Shown piece by piece: positions 9,984-20,055 of a stretch of DNA of 37,295 nucleotides (position 1 is its first letter; each line of letters opens with the position of its first letter). Origin of the DNA: Xylographa opegraphella (lineage: Eukaryota); assembly GCA_022813865.1 (NCBI GenBank), contig JALDZX010000048.1, forward strand, positions 124,001 through 161,295, given 5' to 3'. The notes below the pieces were generated by a model. The model was not told where the DNA came from and searched no databases. It saw only the letters and a list, made by a program, of their open reading frames with translations. Position numbers and translations under genes: made by a program.

Positions 9984-11144
9984 CTAGAAAAGCCACGACC
10001 AAGCCGCATCAAGCGCAGAATCCGACTCCGCTTCCGGCTCAGCCCCCGCCTCCGCCTCCGCCTCCGCATCCCTCTCCCAAACCCCACCCTCATACTCCGC
10101 CTCCGCATCAGCCTCAGCCTCGGCCTCCGCATCCCTCTGCCAGATCTCATTCTCATAATCCGCATCGGCATCTCGGGCCCAGATGTCGCCGTACACGTCC
10201 GCTTCGGCATCGGCTTCGGCGTCGGCCTCGCGCTCAAATAGCTCTGGGTACGCATTCACAAAGGCCTCGGCTTCGGCCCAGCGCCTCGCGACGGTATGGG
10301 CGACCTTGGGGGCGTCGGCCTTGGCGACGGGGGCAGCAGCGGCGCTGGTGCTTTTCTTATCCTCGACCGCGCCGGTCTTTTTGGGCGCAGTGGTGGTTTG
10401 CTTCTCAGCCGCGCCAGCCTTCTTGACCCCGGCACCCGTCTTCTTCACTCCCGCGCCCGTCTTCTTAGATTTCGTCTTCGCCGCCATCTTCTTCTTCTTC
10501 GCCGCCGCCGCCTCGTCCTTCCTCCCCGTCTTCTCGAGCTTCTCCCCCTTGCCCACTTCCGTCTTGCCCTCCTTGCGCAGTTTCTTCGACTCCTTCTCCG
10601 CCTTGCCGCCCTTCATGTCCGCCTGCTCGCCCTTCTTGAGGTCGAGGTCGCCCTGCTTGACCTTGCCGGCCTTCATGTCGGTCTGGCCTTGCCGGTCGTC
10701 GGCCGCGCCTGCGCGCAGCTCCGCGGCGCCGTAGTTGGCCAGCTTCTTGCTCTTCGCTTCGTCGGTCTTGCCCGTCTTGATGTCCTTCTCCCCCGCTTTG
10801 ACGTCCTTCTCGCCCGTGCCGTCTTCGTGCGCGGCTTTGGAAGGGGTTTTCGCTTTGCTGGCCGTCGACGTCTTGGCCTTCGTGGATGCGCTCTCGGGGA
10901 TGGTCTCGCCTGCGGCATACGGGTCGGCATAGCGAGGCCGTAGGTACCCGTCGAAGTCTCGGACGTAAAGGTTGCGTCTGCCTACTTGAGCCGGGGGTGC
11001 CTGTCCCTGCGCAGCCATTTGCATGCCCCCTTGGAAGCCGTATGCCGCTGCCTCTCCCATTGCATGTGCGCCGCTATGCCGGCCGTGGTGGGCAGTGGCC
11101 GTGGCGGCAATGTAGGCCAGGACGACGGCGTGGGAGAAATGCAT
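9984..11144 (-). CDS. Secreted repeat precursor protein (KEP-like: Kex2/Ste13-type processing signals) with a Lys-rich central domain, 386 aa, intronless
   Basis: Signal peptide MHFSHAVVLAYIAATATA and RR sites at aa 56-57 and 287-288. C-terminal repeats have the form (EA/DA)n-core-R. Strong GC3 codon bias supports coding. Confidence 0.85.
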   Translation of the reverse strand: MHFSHAVVLAYIAATATAHHGRHSGAHAMGEAAAYGFQGGMQMAAQGQAPPAQVGRRNLYVRDFDGYLRPRYADPYAAGETIPESASTKAKTSTASKAKTPSKAAHEDGTGEKDVKAGEKDIKTGKTDEAKSKKLANYGAAELRAGAADDRQGQTDMKAGKVKQGDLDLKKGEQADMKGGKAEKESKKLRKEGKTEVGKGEKLEKTGRKDEAAAAKKKKMAAKTKSKKTGAGVKKTGAGVKKAGAAEKQTTTAPKKTGAVEDKKSTSAAAAPVAKADAPKVAHTVARRWAEAEAFVNAYPELFEREADAEADAEADVYGDIWARDADADYENEIWQRDAEAEAEADAEAEYEGGVWERDAEAEAEAGAEPEAESDSALDAAWSWLF

Positions 11145-13083
11145 GATGATATGTGTCGGGCAGAGAGACGAAGAAACTTTGTAAGGAAAGGTTTTGCGTT
11201 AAAGACGACGGTGTGGTTCAAAGGGATGAAACTACCAGAGTTCCGTGCGTAAATGAGAATGCGAGTGATAGCTGGTTCGGGTGAGTGCCAATGCTGAGGA
11301 CGATAGCAAGACATGGAGGCCTATATACGTGGTCGAGCTCACAAGCCCATCGCTCACCAGCTGTTGGCACCGGCATCGAGAGCGGCGCTTGCGCAGATGC
11401 ACACCAACGCGGACAATTCAAGGCAGGACTGAGAAGAGGATCGCTTTGCCCGAGAGACCGTGTTTCATTCTGCTGAGGTGGACGAGCAGGTCACAACAGC
11501 ACTCACCATCAGCGCGGGATCTTCCCTTTACCTGCACGGCGACCGGGGTATCCTATTGGGATCGAAAGGGAAGGGTGTTGGTCTGCACGAAGATGATGGG
11601 CAGAGCGCGAAGAGGCACAACATCTCACCGGGTCCGGGCTGATGTGAGGATTCGGCCAGGTCGGGAAGGAAGATTCGACAGCCATATCCCGGTGGGAGTG
11701 AGCAAGAACCGACGTCGCACGAGGCGATGTGGCCGAAATATGGGATGCAAAGTGCCACAGGTTATTCTATGCTGAGACCGTTACTCGTACTAGCAGTGGC
11801 TGCTCGTGGCACGCATAGAAGCTGCCCAACGCTGCAGCGTAGATGAAGCGGTCGTAGGAAAATCGAAGGAACATCAGATTAGACTATCCTACACCATTGA
11901 AACAGTGCCGCAACACCAACTTCGTCGGCAGCCATTCAGCACACTCGGCTCTCGCTCTCTGCACGGGTGGTGCCTCCAAACCGGTGGGGGAGGAAGGCCC
12001 AGCCATTGGGGGTGACATTGGTGGTGAGGATTCCTCACGTTGTTGCAGACGAACGATCTAGAATAGCGACACGCTCTAGCGCGCGAGAGATTGAAGGCTG
12101 TGAATTTCCCTATTCCCGACCTCCGTTGTTGCAGTCGGACTACAAGTACCTTAGACTATACTAGGATCTACGGCGTTGAAGTCGTTGGTATATTCTTCAG
12201 CTAGACTAGCGCTTACTCTGCACGATTGGATCTTGCTATAATCAACTACTTTACCTGTGCCAAAGGGCGCGAAAGTAAAGAATAACGCGTGAGAGTCTTC
12301 GTCACGGGCGTTTGCGTATCCCATTCTATCCTACGTTAGGATATCCAAACAGCGTCTCTCACCAAAGCACAACCACACAACCAGCTTATCCATAGCATCC
12401 CTTCCTCATCGCACACATCATCAACATCCAACGTCCCCCAAATCCCCAAGGTCCCAAGGAGGGGCGCCGTCTCGTCAGGCCCCCGGCCGCGGCTTCACCA
12501 CCAACCCCCCTAAACCACCCCAAACACACCTGCACACCCAGAAAGCCGGTGGCGCGAAGGTTTCCCGGCATATGGAGGATTTCCACCTGTTCGCGCCGTA
12601 GAAGATCCAACACCGGCGACCGGTTCACCCGTGTGCCGTATGGTGCGGTCTAGATCGTGAGCAGCGTGGGTGTGGAAACATAACGCAGGTCTCTTGGATG
12701 AAACCTGCATAGGATGTATAGGTTGAAGTTATGAATATACACGAACACAGGCATTTATCAGCCGTAATCACGAGGCGTACTCTCACCAGGGCGGAAGCAA
12801 CTTTTACAACGATTACAACGAATACGATTAATACTTAAGAGGCAGATATTACTAATCGTTGTCAAACCAGCTGGCCGATATCACACACTACTGGAGACTA
12901 CACATAATCACTCCGACCGTCCATCGAACTCCAATGCATTCGACTGCCTTCTCGTCTTCGAACCATGACAACGTGATTGGGGGAATCGAGTAATTATTAC
13001 ACTATATACCTAAGGTAACCAGGACTTATGCACAAGCTTCGACCACCAAAAACCACCGACGGCCGTTCGCTTCAACCATCAGC

Positions 13084-14081
13084 TCACAAAAAGAAGGCGG
13101 CAATGGCGACCATGACGCCGCCGAGCAGGCTGACACTGCCAAAGCTCGTGGACGCGGCTCCCATGAAGGGTGCAATGGTGGGTGTGCTGGTGGGAGCGGT
13201 GGTGTTGGACATCGAGGTCATGGTGAAGTTGGCGCATGTCAGACGGGTCGCGTTGCTGCTGTGGATGACGACCGACAGGTCCCCGAAGTAGTACGGGGAG
13301 CCGGGGGTGGTGGAAAGGTATAGATCGGTATAGCTGTGATTCAAGGTCAGTGAGGTCGAACTTGTGATATGGACACAAGACGGGTAGCTTACCTGACGTT
13401 CCAGGTCGTGGCGGTGATGTTGCCGTGCTTGCCGGCCAGGTCGCCGGCCTGGCAAGTTTGAGGGGCCATGGCCTCGCAGGCGTGCAGCTCGCCGCGCTGG
13501 GTCGGGTCCAAATGAGCCATGGTTCCCGTGCAGTTGCCATCGGAGGGGACGGGCAACTGATGGATGTGGTACACTATCGCCAAACACCATGTTAGCCATT
13601 GCGTACATCACAGGGGATAAGCAGCCACGACCAATGAACGCTGTCTCTACATACCAAGAGGACCATACATGGCTGGGTCGGGAAGGTTGGCCAGGCTGAC
13701 GGTGAACATCACACCGGTGCCGTTGGCGGGTGTCATGGCAGTCACGGATCCCGAGATGGTCGTGCCAGTCGCGGTGTCGAACTCGGGCGTCGGGAAGACA
13801 GCCTGGTAAGTCGCGGCCGGGTTGCCGTTCTGAATGGTCGCATTTCCTCCAGGGCCTGCGGACTCAACATCAGCTCATCGCTGCTGCACAGAGCGGAGAA
13901 AGGAGAACGGACCGGTGAAGCCAATGACGGGGGGCCCATCGTACACGAGGGCTCCCTCAATGGTGGGAATGCCGACGGTCGAGGTCGGGATGGCCGGGAT
14001 AGTCGGGTTGGGGGTCGCTTCGCTCTGAGCGCGGACGAGAGCAAGGCCGCTCAGGGCAGAGATCAACAGAGTCGAGTACAT
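13084..14081 (-). CDS. GPI-anchored cell-surface Cu-only superoxide dismutase (SOD4/5/6-type), 4 exons
   Basis: Signal peptide, YHIH, CTGTMAHLDP, TCQAGDLAGKHG, YTDLYLS, SVVIH..NATRLTCANF, an S/T stalk and a hydrophobic GPI tail. Introns 13912-13856, 13654-13574 and 13392-13334 join in frame. Confidence 0.93.
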
Positions 14082-14184
14082 GATGGCGATGTGAGTGAAA
14101 TTGTACCGCTTAACTCGCTAATAGTATGTAATGATCGAGCGACGACGAAAGCAAGTCCAAAGCGAATGGAATTGATGAATGCAA

Positions 14185-14204
14185 GAGAGAGAGAGAGAGA
14201 GAGA
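14185..14204. repeat. (GA)10 microsatellite in the SOD 5' region
   Basis: Read directly. Confidence 0.9.
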
Positions 14205-14763
14205 CACTTGAACGTGGCAGGGAAGGAATGAAACGCGTCTTCTATAAACAAATGGGCCAGCCCTAGCATAGAAATTACCCATTACAATCATGACATCAAC
14301 ACTGGGCGACATGCCGCTAATTGCCCCTGAGCTGATGGACGGATGTCGTAAGGTACGTTACTAGTGAATCCGGGGGAGAAGGCCAGCCAGTCCCATATCA
14401 CCTTACCTTATTGTTGTTCCAAGTACTGTATAATGGACCGCATTCTTTCTGAGACGTGGGCAAATCAGCAACTTTGTTTCTTCCGGGAAGCTTGTCCCGT
14501 GCTTTCCGTCTCGGCCAATCGGATGCAGGCGGAGCTTCGGCGCCGTCGTCAAGCGCCGTTGCATCGCCATCTAATCGGATCTCATCGGGCCTTAGCTCCA
14601 GATGCAGATCGCATTTGCCACGCTAAGATCATGACGCTAGGTTCAATGCGGCTGCTAATTTGTTTCTTGGCTGAGGTACGGTACGAAACCTACCTTACCT
14701 TTTCCATGGGACTCCGTATGGACAGACAGTTTGAACGTATATGCCACGCAATGCGCGCACACT

Positions 14764-16768
14764 CTATATCGAACCCGCCGACCCGGGTCCGCGTCCCAAT
14801 ATCGCCCTCGCACTCGTGCCCATGTTGTTCTGCAGCAACGTGCCTGCCCCGGCTGCACCGCTGGGCACCCCGAACGTCATGCCCACCAGGTTCTGCGAAT
14901 CGGCCACCACCGTCGCGTTGACCGCCTTCACGTGTCGCGAGTACAGTTCTTTCGTCACCCCGGGCGCTCCCGCTTCGACGCCCGTGAACGAGAAGACCTG
15001 CTCCGTCGTGCCAAAGCTGTACGAGACGTTCGGGGACGAGTAGTACTGCGCCGACGCCACCTGCGTCGTCGACAGCAGCGCCGCGCTGAAGAGCGGGAGG
15101 GCGCCGACCTGGATCGACTGGGGGGCCGGCCGGCCCCCGACCGCGAACACGCTCGGGGACGTGACGTTGAAGGTTTGGATGCCCGACGGGAACACCGACG
15201 GACCGTAGACGTCGAACTCCAGTCCGCGCGTGAGGGAGGCGTTGATGCCCAATGCCCCGCTGGCCGACACGGCGAACGAGGACTTCACCGTGATCGGATA
15301 GCCGTACCGGCTCGCGTAGCCGTCCGTGCCGACGTCGGACCCGTTGGTCGACTGCACCGTGAGCTGGACCAGCCCTTGCTCGGTCAGGCCGTCGAAGTTG
15401 TTGTACTCGAGCTTCTGGACCCAACTGGCGACCCTCGTGCCGCTCGAGGTGTGCACGGTGGAACTGATCGAGAGCTCTCGCGCGGCAGCGACGCTGTAAG
15501 TCAAGGTCTGGTTCGCGCCAGTCGCGTTCTGCGTAACCGCAGATGACAGCGTGAAGGTTGGTGGGGGGGTGTTGATGACTGGCTTGCTTCCAGTCGTGAC
15601 AGATCCCGGGGCACCGGAGAATAGGAAGATTTTGCCCGAGACGACCCAGTACGATCCTGGCGTGTCCACAAGAGTGGCATGACCCGCCCCATCGTCATTC
15701 AAGCTGGCCACGCGAATCTCGAACGTATGTGCCTCCCCGTCAAGTATTGCCGGCAGCCAGGGTGTGATGTCGATCTCATGCTCTCGGAGGTCAAATGCAT
15801 CGATGCCGACAATGGGCCGCCACAAGCCCGGTGCGATGCCGCCGGTAAAAATGACGGGAAACGGCCATGAAACGCCTGCGAGCTGACCATCAATGAGCAG
15901 TTGCACTTCTCTCCATGGACTTCCGCCGTACAGTGAGCCCGTAGTGGCTGCAAATGTGTTCTCCTCGGATGTGAGCACGTTCGTGTACCAGAATTCCTCG
16001 GTAGATTGGCCACAAGCGAGGAGCGAGACCACTGCACGATTCACGTTCTTCGGTAAGGTGTAAGACACGGATGCGTTTTGTCCAGGTACCTCGAAGGCGC
16101 TACCTTGGTTTTGAGCCGACATCATCGCTGAAATTGGTAGGATGGTATCAGCAGTGGCAGGTGAGTCGGGGATTGTGAAGAACGTGGCGGTCAGAGTGGT
16201 GTTGTAGATTCCGGTATAGGTACTGTCGATCAAGTTTCCGAGGTCGAAAATGATCTTCTGGTCGGCCTTCCACAGAGTGGCATACTGCTGCATCTCTTTC
16301 ACGTACGTCCAGATGATTCCGCTCGCAGTGGGCTCAGCGGTACTCGTCCTAAATACCTCGATATCTCCCAAGTACATGAGTCCCAATCGGTCGAATTGGC
16401 GGCCACGGGAGGTAACGGTGAAGTTCATAATCACCCGATTGAAGCTGCATGGAGGCGGGGTATAATCTCCTATACGGCGGCGCAGTGTCAGTGTACGTTC
16501 GACGAAACGAAGTAGCGCATATCTCACCCACGAAAGGCATCCCATAGCTGTAGGCGAAGTCGTGCTCCATCAGCACTTTAGTATATACACAGCCATATTG
16601 GTCGCTCGTCCCAGACGGAGTCAATACCGGTTCGGTTACCTGAAAGTCAACGGTGAGGCCAGACGGGGAGGTCTGGCGCTTTCCGAAACCATGGTCAGGT
16701 ATCCGTGGCAGAACAGCATTCGAGAGATGTGGAGCTGCAAGCACGCACAGGAGGAGCAAAGAGTACAT
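14764..16768 (-). CDS. Peptide-N4-(N-acetyl-beta-glucosaminyl)asparagine amidase A (acidic PNGase A), secreted, 2 exons
   Basis: Signal peptide MYSLLLLCVLAA, HDFAYSYG.PFVG, intron 16527-16470, then GRQFDRL, EVFRTSTAEP, EEFWY, PWREVQLLIDG and WPFPVIFTGGI.PGLWRPIVGIDAFDL, all typical of PNGase A. Confidence 0.95.
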
Positions 16769-17440
16769 GCTGACCGGATGCTGGAGGCACAAGATCGAAA
16801 CCTCGAGTGACTATGAAACGATGCGTCGACGCGTTCAGCACTGCTGCTAGACTTTTCACAGAGCAAGAGACCTGGGAGAATATTGGACATACAAGTAACC
16901 ATCATCGCGAGATACCACCAGGTCGGATATAACATGCTGCTCGTCGCCATCCGGGAAATATACAAGCATCTGGGGGTCAGCGTGAGTGGAGGAATGATCA
17001 AGTTGCAGGACAGCTAACTGCCTGTAGAAGGTCAACCTCCGCTCCGACGCGACATTGGCCGCTGATAGGCCGGACGTGTTGACGAATCAGAAGCTTCGCC
17101 GCGATAACGGCCACTAGCACCGAAGTGGAAAAGACTGATCCCTCTCCCAAGAGCCTCAAAACTCCATTTCAATTTCGATAGAAAAAGAAACAATTCTCTG
17201 CGTTGTGGCCATGGCTTGGGTCCACGTAGATCGCCATGGTTTGCACCGAATGTATGTTTTCAGCAATGTCAGGGATTCTCCTCACACCCCCTGATGAGCT
17301 TATGCATGGGATTCTTCTGTAGGGGAGCAGGGTAGGCGAGGCTGAGCTCAACAATCCGATTACCGTCATTCTAATGGTGTTCTTGTTCTTGTACCTCAAA
17401 AGCAAAGTGAAATGTCACTTTGCCGTCTGTCTCGATTCGT

Positions 17441-19581
17441 ATGGACGTTATATCCGTGGCATCTAGCATTGCCGGCATCCTTAGTATAGTTGGTCAAAGT
17501 ATAGATGGCATTGCTAAGCTTAAGCAACTTTTCTCTGATATCTCCATTGCTTCCAAGACCATTGACTCTTTTCTTCGGGATATCAATTCTCTTTTACATA
17601 TGTTGAATGATGTCGAGGCCATCTTGTCTCAGATTGATAAGCGAAAATACAGTGGCGCAATTGGCGTCAGTACGGCTTCGTTGCAAGTTGAGCTGGAAGA
17701 CTGCTTGAAAGATGTCTTCATATGGCTACGTGTTGCCGACGGGCTTCGTCCGCCATCCGATCTTGGTGCACGAGTCTGGTTCAAGAAGCTGTGGGTGGCG
17801 ATCAATCAGAATTCAGTGAAAGGTATCCGAGAAGATATTGGGAGACACAAGCTGGCGCTTCAGGTCAATCTTGCGCTGGTAGGAAGGTAGGATGAATTGT
17901 ACTTATTTAAAGGCGTTTCCTTACGGATATTCAGATCCCTTGATTTGAGGTCGTCATCTAGCCTGTCACTGTTGCATGAGCGTATGGAACATGTACAGTC
18001 CATCGCAATGTCGCTGAGCTCAGCATCGACAGAGCAGCGCAGCATACTCGATCGAATCGAAAGCGTTTCGGATTTCAGTTCCATTGGCCAACGCAGAAAC
18101 CCTAGTGAACACACGAGCAAGTGCTCATCAAGGTTCGAATCGGGACCAATACACAAGTCATGCTCGAGCGATTATCAACCAGAAAGGTTTTGGGAATATT
18201 CGTCTTCATCCTCGTTCATCCATAGTCAAGCTGATCTAGAGTTATCTAAATCCGTATACGCTAGAGAAGCAGCTTGTTCACGGTGTCAATTCAATCCAAG
18301 AAGGCATCACACGAAACAAGATCAAGTCTCGTAAGATTATCCAGAGTCAGGTATGTTACCGCAAAACTAACAGCATGCCTCAGTCTAGGAATGAAGCGTG
18401 ATAAAACTCATGACTCGATACCTGTTGTTTCGTGCTTGACTTGTACATTACCAAGCCACGGTCCTCCCTCATTCGGGATTCACTCTCACCCATGGTCAAG
18501 CGATACATTGGTAGATGGCGATGAGAGCCTCTCTAGGAATCCACAAATTTTCTGTACCAATAGTGTTCGGGGAAAATCATCTAACCATCTTTACTCCATC
18601 CCGGAAGCGGTTACTTGCCACTGTTCCCCCTCATCTTGTAATATATACGATGCTGGAGGTAGTGGTATATGGATGAATGATATGCTTAACGCTCGCAAGA
18701 CCGCTCACGAAACCATTGTTTCCTCCACTTTAAGATCGTTCTACCTTGAAGACGAACACAAGGCGCTCCACGATGTCACGGCACGAGTCTTCCCTGAATG
18801 CGTTACCCGGTACATCTCTCACAGGCGAATGGTGATCTCGCTCACGAATCAGATACGTCTTCTGCAACTCCACTCCAGCCCAAACACACAACGTATATCT
18901 TCAAATCCGGCCGCAAAACTCCAACACACTCTCAAGCAACGCCTACCCATCCTCATGGACGAAATGAACATGCTCCGAAACACCTGCCTGCAGGCCAGCC
19001 ACCCGCTGTACGAAATCGACCAGATCCTCACCATCGCGCAACTCGAAGACCCGGCATCATCCACGCCCCAACAACACCGACCCCCCCACCACGACATGCT
19101 CGCTATCCGCAAATCAACCCTCGACTCCCCCCTCCTCCTCCACTCCTGGACCACCACCCGCGACCGCATCAACAACTGGCTCCTGCATTCCCTCCGCGCC
19201 GACGACCAGCTCGCGCCCCTGCACCGCTCCATCCTCGGCGCGCCGCAGCAGCACCTCAGCGAGCAAGCGTGGGCGCGCCTCGTGCTGAAGCACTGGACCC
19301 TCGACGACGCCGCCACGGGCGGTGCGCTGTCGAGAGCGCAGTCGGCGGCGGCGACTAACAGCGTCCTCAGCGCCAGCACGCAGTCTCTCGATTTCTGGAC
19401 CTGCAATGAGTCGGTGGCAGAGGGCGGGGAGATGCTCACGCACGGCCGGCTCGGGCTGGTGAAGGTGGAGCTGGACGCGTTGAGGAGGCAGCATCATTGG
19501 CGGCTGTATAGGGCTTTTGTGGACTCGGGGAGTAGTGAGGAGGAGGGAGACGAGGAGAGGGTGGGGTTGGAGATGAGATGA
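17441..19581 (+). CDS. Protein with a HeLo-like / fungal STAND N-terminal domain and an uncharacterised C-terminal helical domain, 3 exons
   Basis: The N-terminus MDVISVASSIAGILSIVGQSIDG followed by helical heptads is typical of fungal NLR-associated N-terminal domains. Introns 17887-17934 and 18331-18383 join the three ORFs in frame. The C-terminal motif is W..TRDRINNWLLHSL...W.RLVLKHW..D.AA. Confidence 0.7.
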
Positions 19582-19709
19582 GATGAGAGAAGAGGGGAGG
19601 AGAGGAGAGGAGAGGAGATGAGACGGGAGGAGATGAGGAGATGAAAGGAGATGAGAGGAGATGAGAGGAGAGGGGAGGAGAGGGGAGGAGAGGAGAGGAG
19701 AGGAGATGA
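19569..19709. repeat. Polypurine low-complexity repeat (GAGAG/GAGAT/GAGGA units)
   Basis: About 140 nt of almost pure G/A, overlapping the stop codon of the upstream gene. Confidence 0.9.
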
Positions 19710-20055
19710 GTAAGGTTGTACGAGCGCCGGACTGGAAGCGAACATGAATTATCATGATGAAGAGCGTCTTGGTATCGTGAATGTCTCGTCGACAATTGGC
19801 ATTCGTAGCAGTGCATGTCACAATTGCCAGCTGAGTGCATCGAATCGGTCTTGCAATGGGATTCTACCAAGTTACACACGCAAAGCAAGGTTAGCAGCGT
19901 ATTTCTATGATGCCAGATGAACCATCCAAAATACTCGCTTTATATCGGATCATATGATGAAAGAGCAGCGGACACGGGAATGCGTAATGAGGAACATAGT
20001 AAGCTGACAGGATGGTACCAGAGATCATAGCCCACCTTGGTCCTAACGAGTCGCA

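Noticed and set aside
10183..10943. Plus-strand ORFs of 183 and 215 aa
   Set aside because: Antisense shadows of the GC3-rich precursor gene, with no recognisable motifs.
9984..11144. Alpha-type mating pheromone precursor
   Set aside because: It has EA/DA spacers, but the cores are non-identical, lack the Cys pair and KR sites typical of filamentous ascomycete alpha-pheromones, and the protein has a large Lys-rich domain.
14364..15546. Overlapping ORFs of 185, 244 and 271 aa
   Set aside because: Mostly alternative-frame or antisense shadows of the GC-rich PNGase A 3' half. They are Arg-rich with no motifs.
19114..19888. Minus-strand Ser/Pro/Leu-repeat ORFs
   Set aside because: Translations of the polypurine microsatellite.
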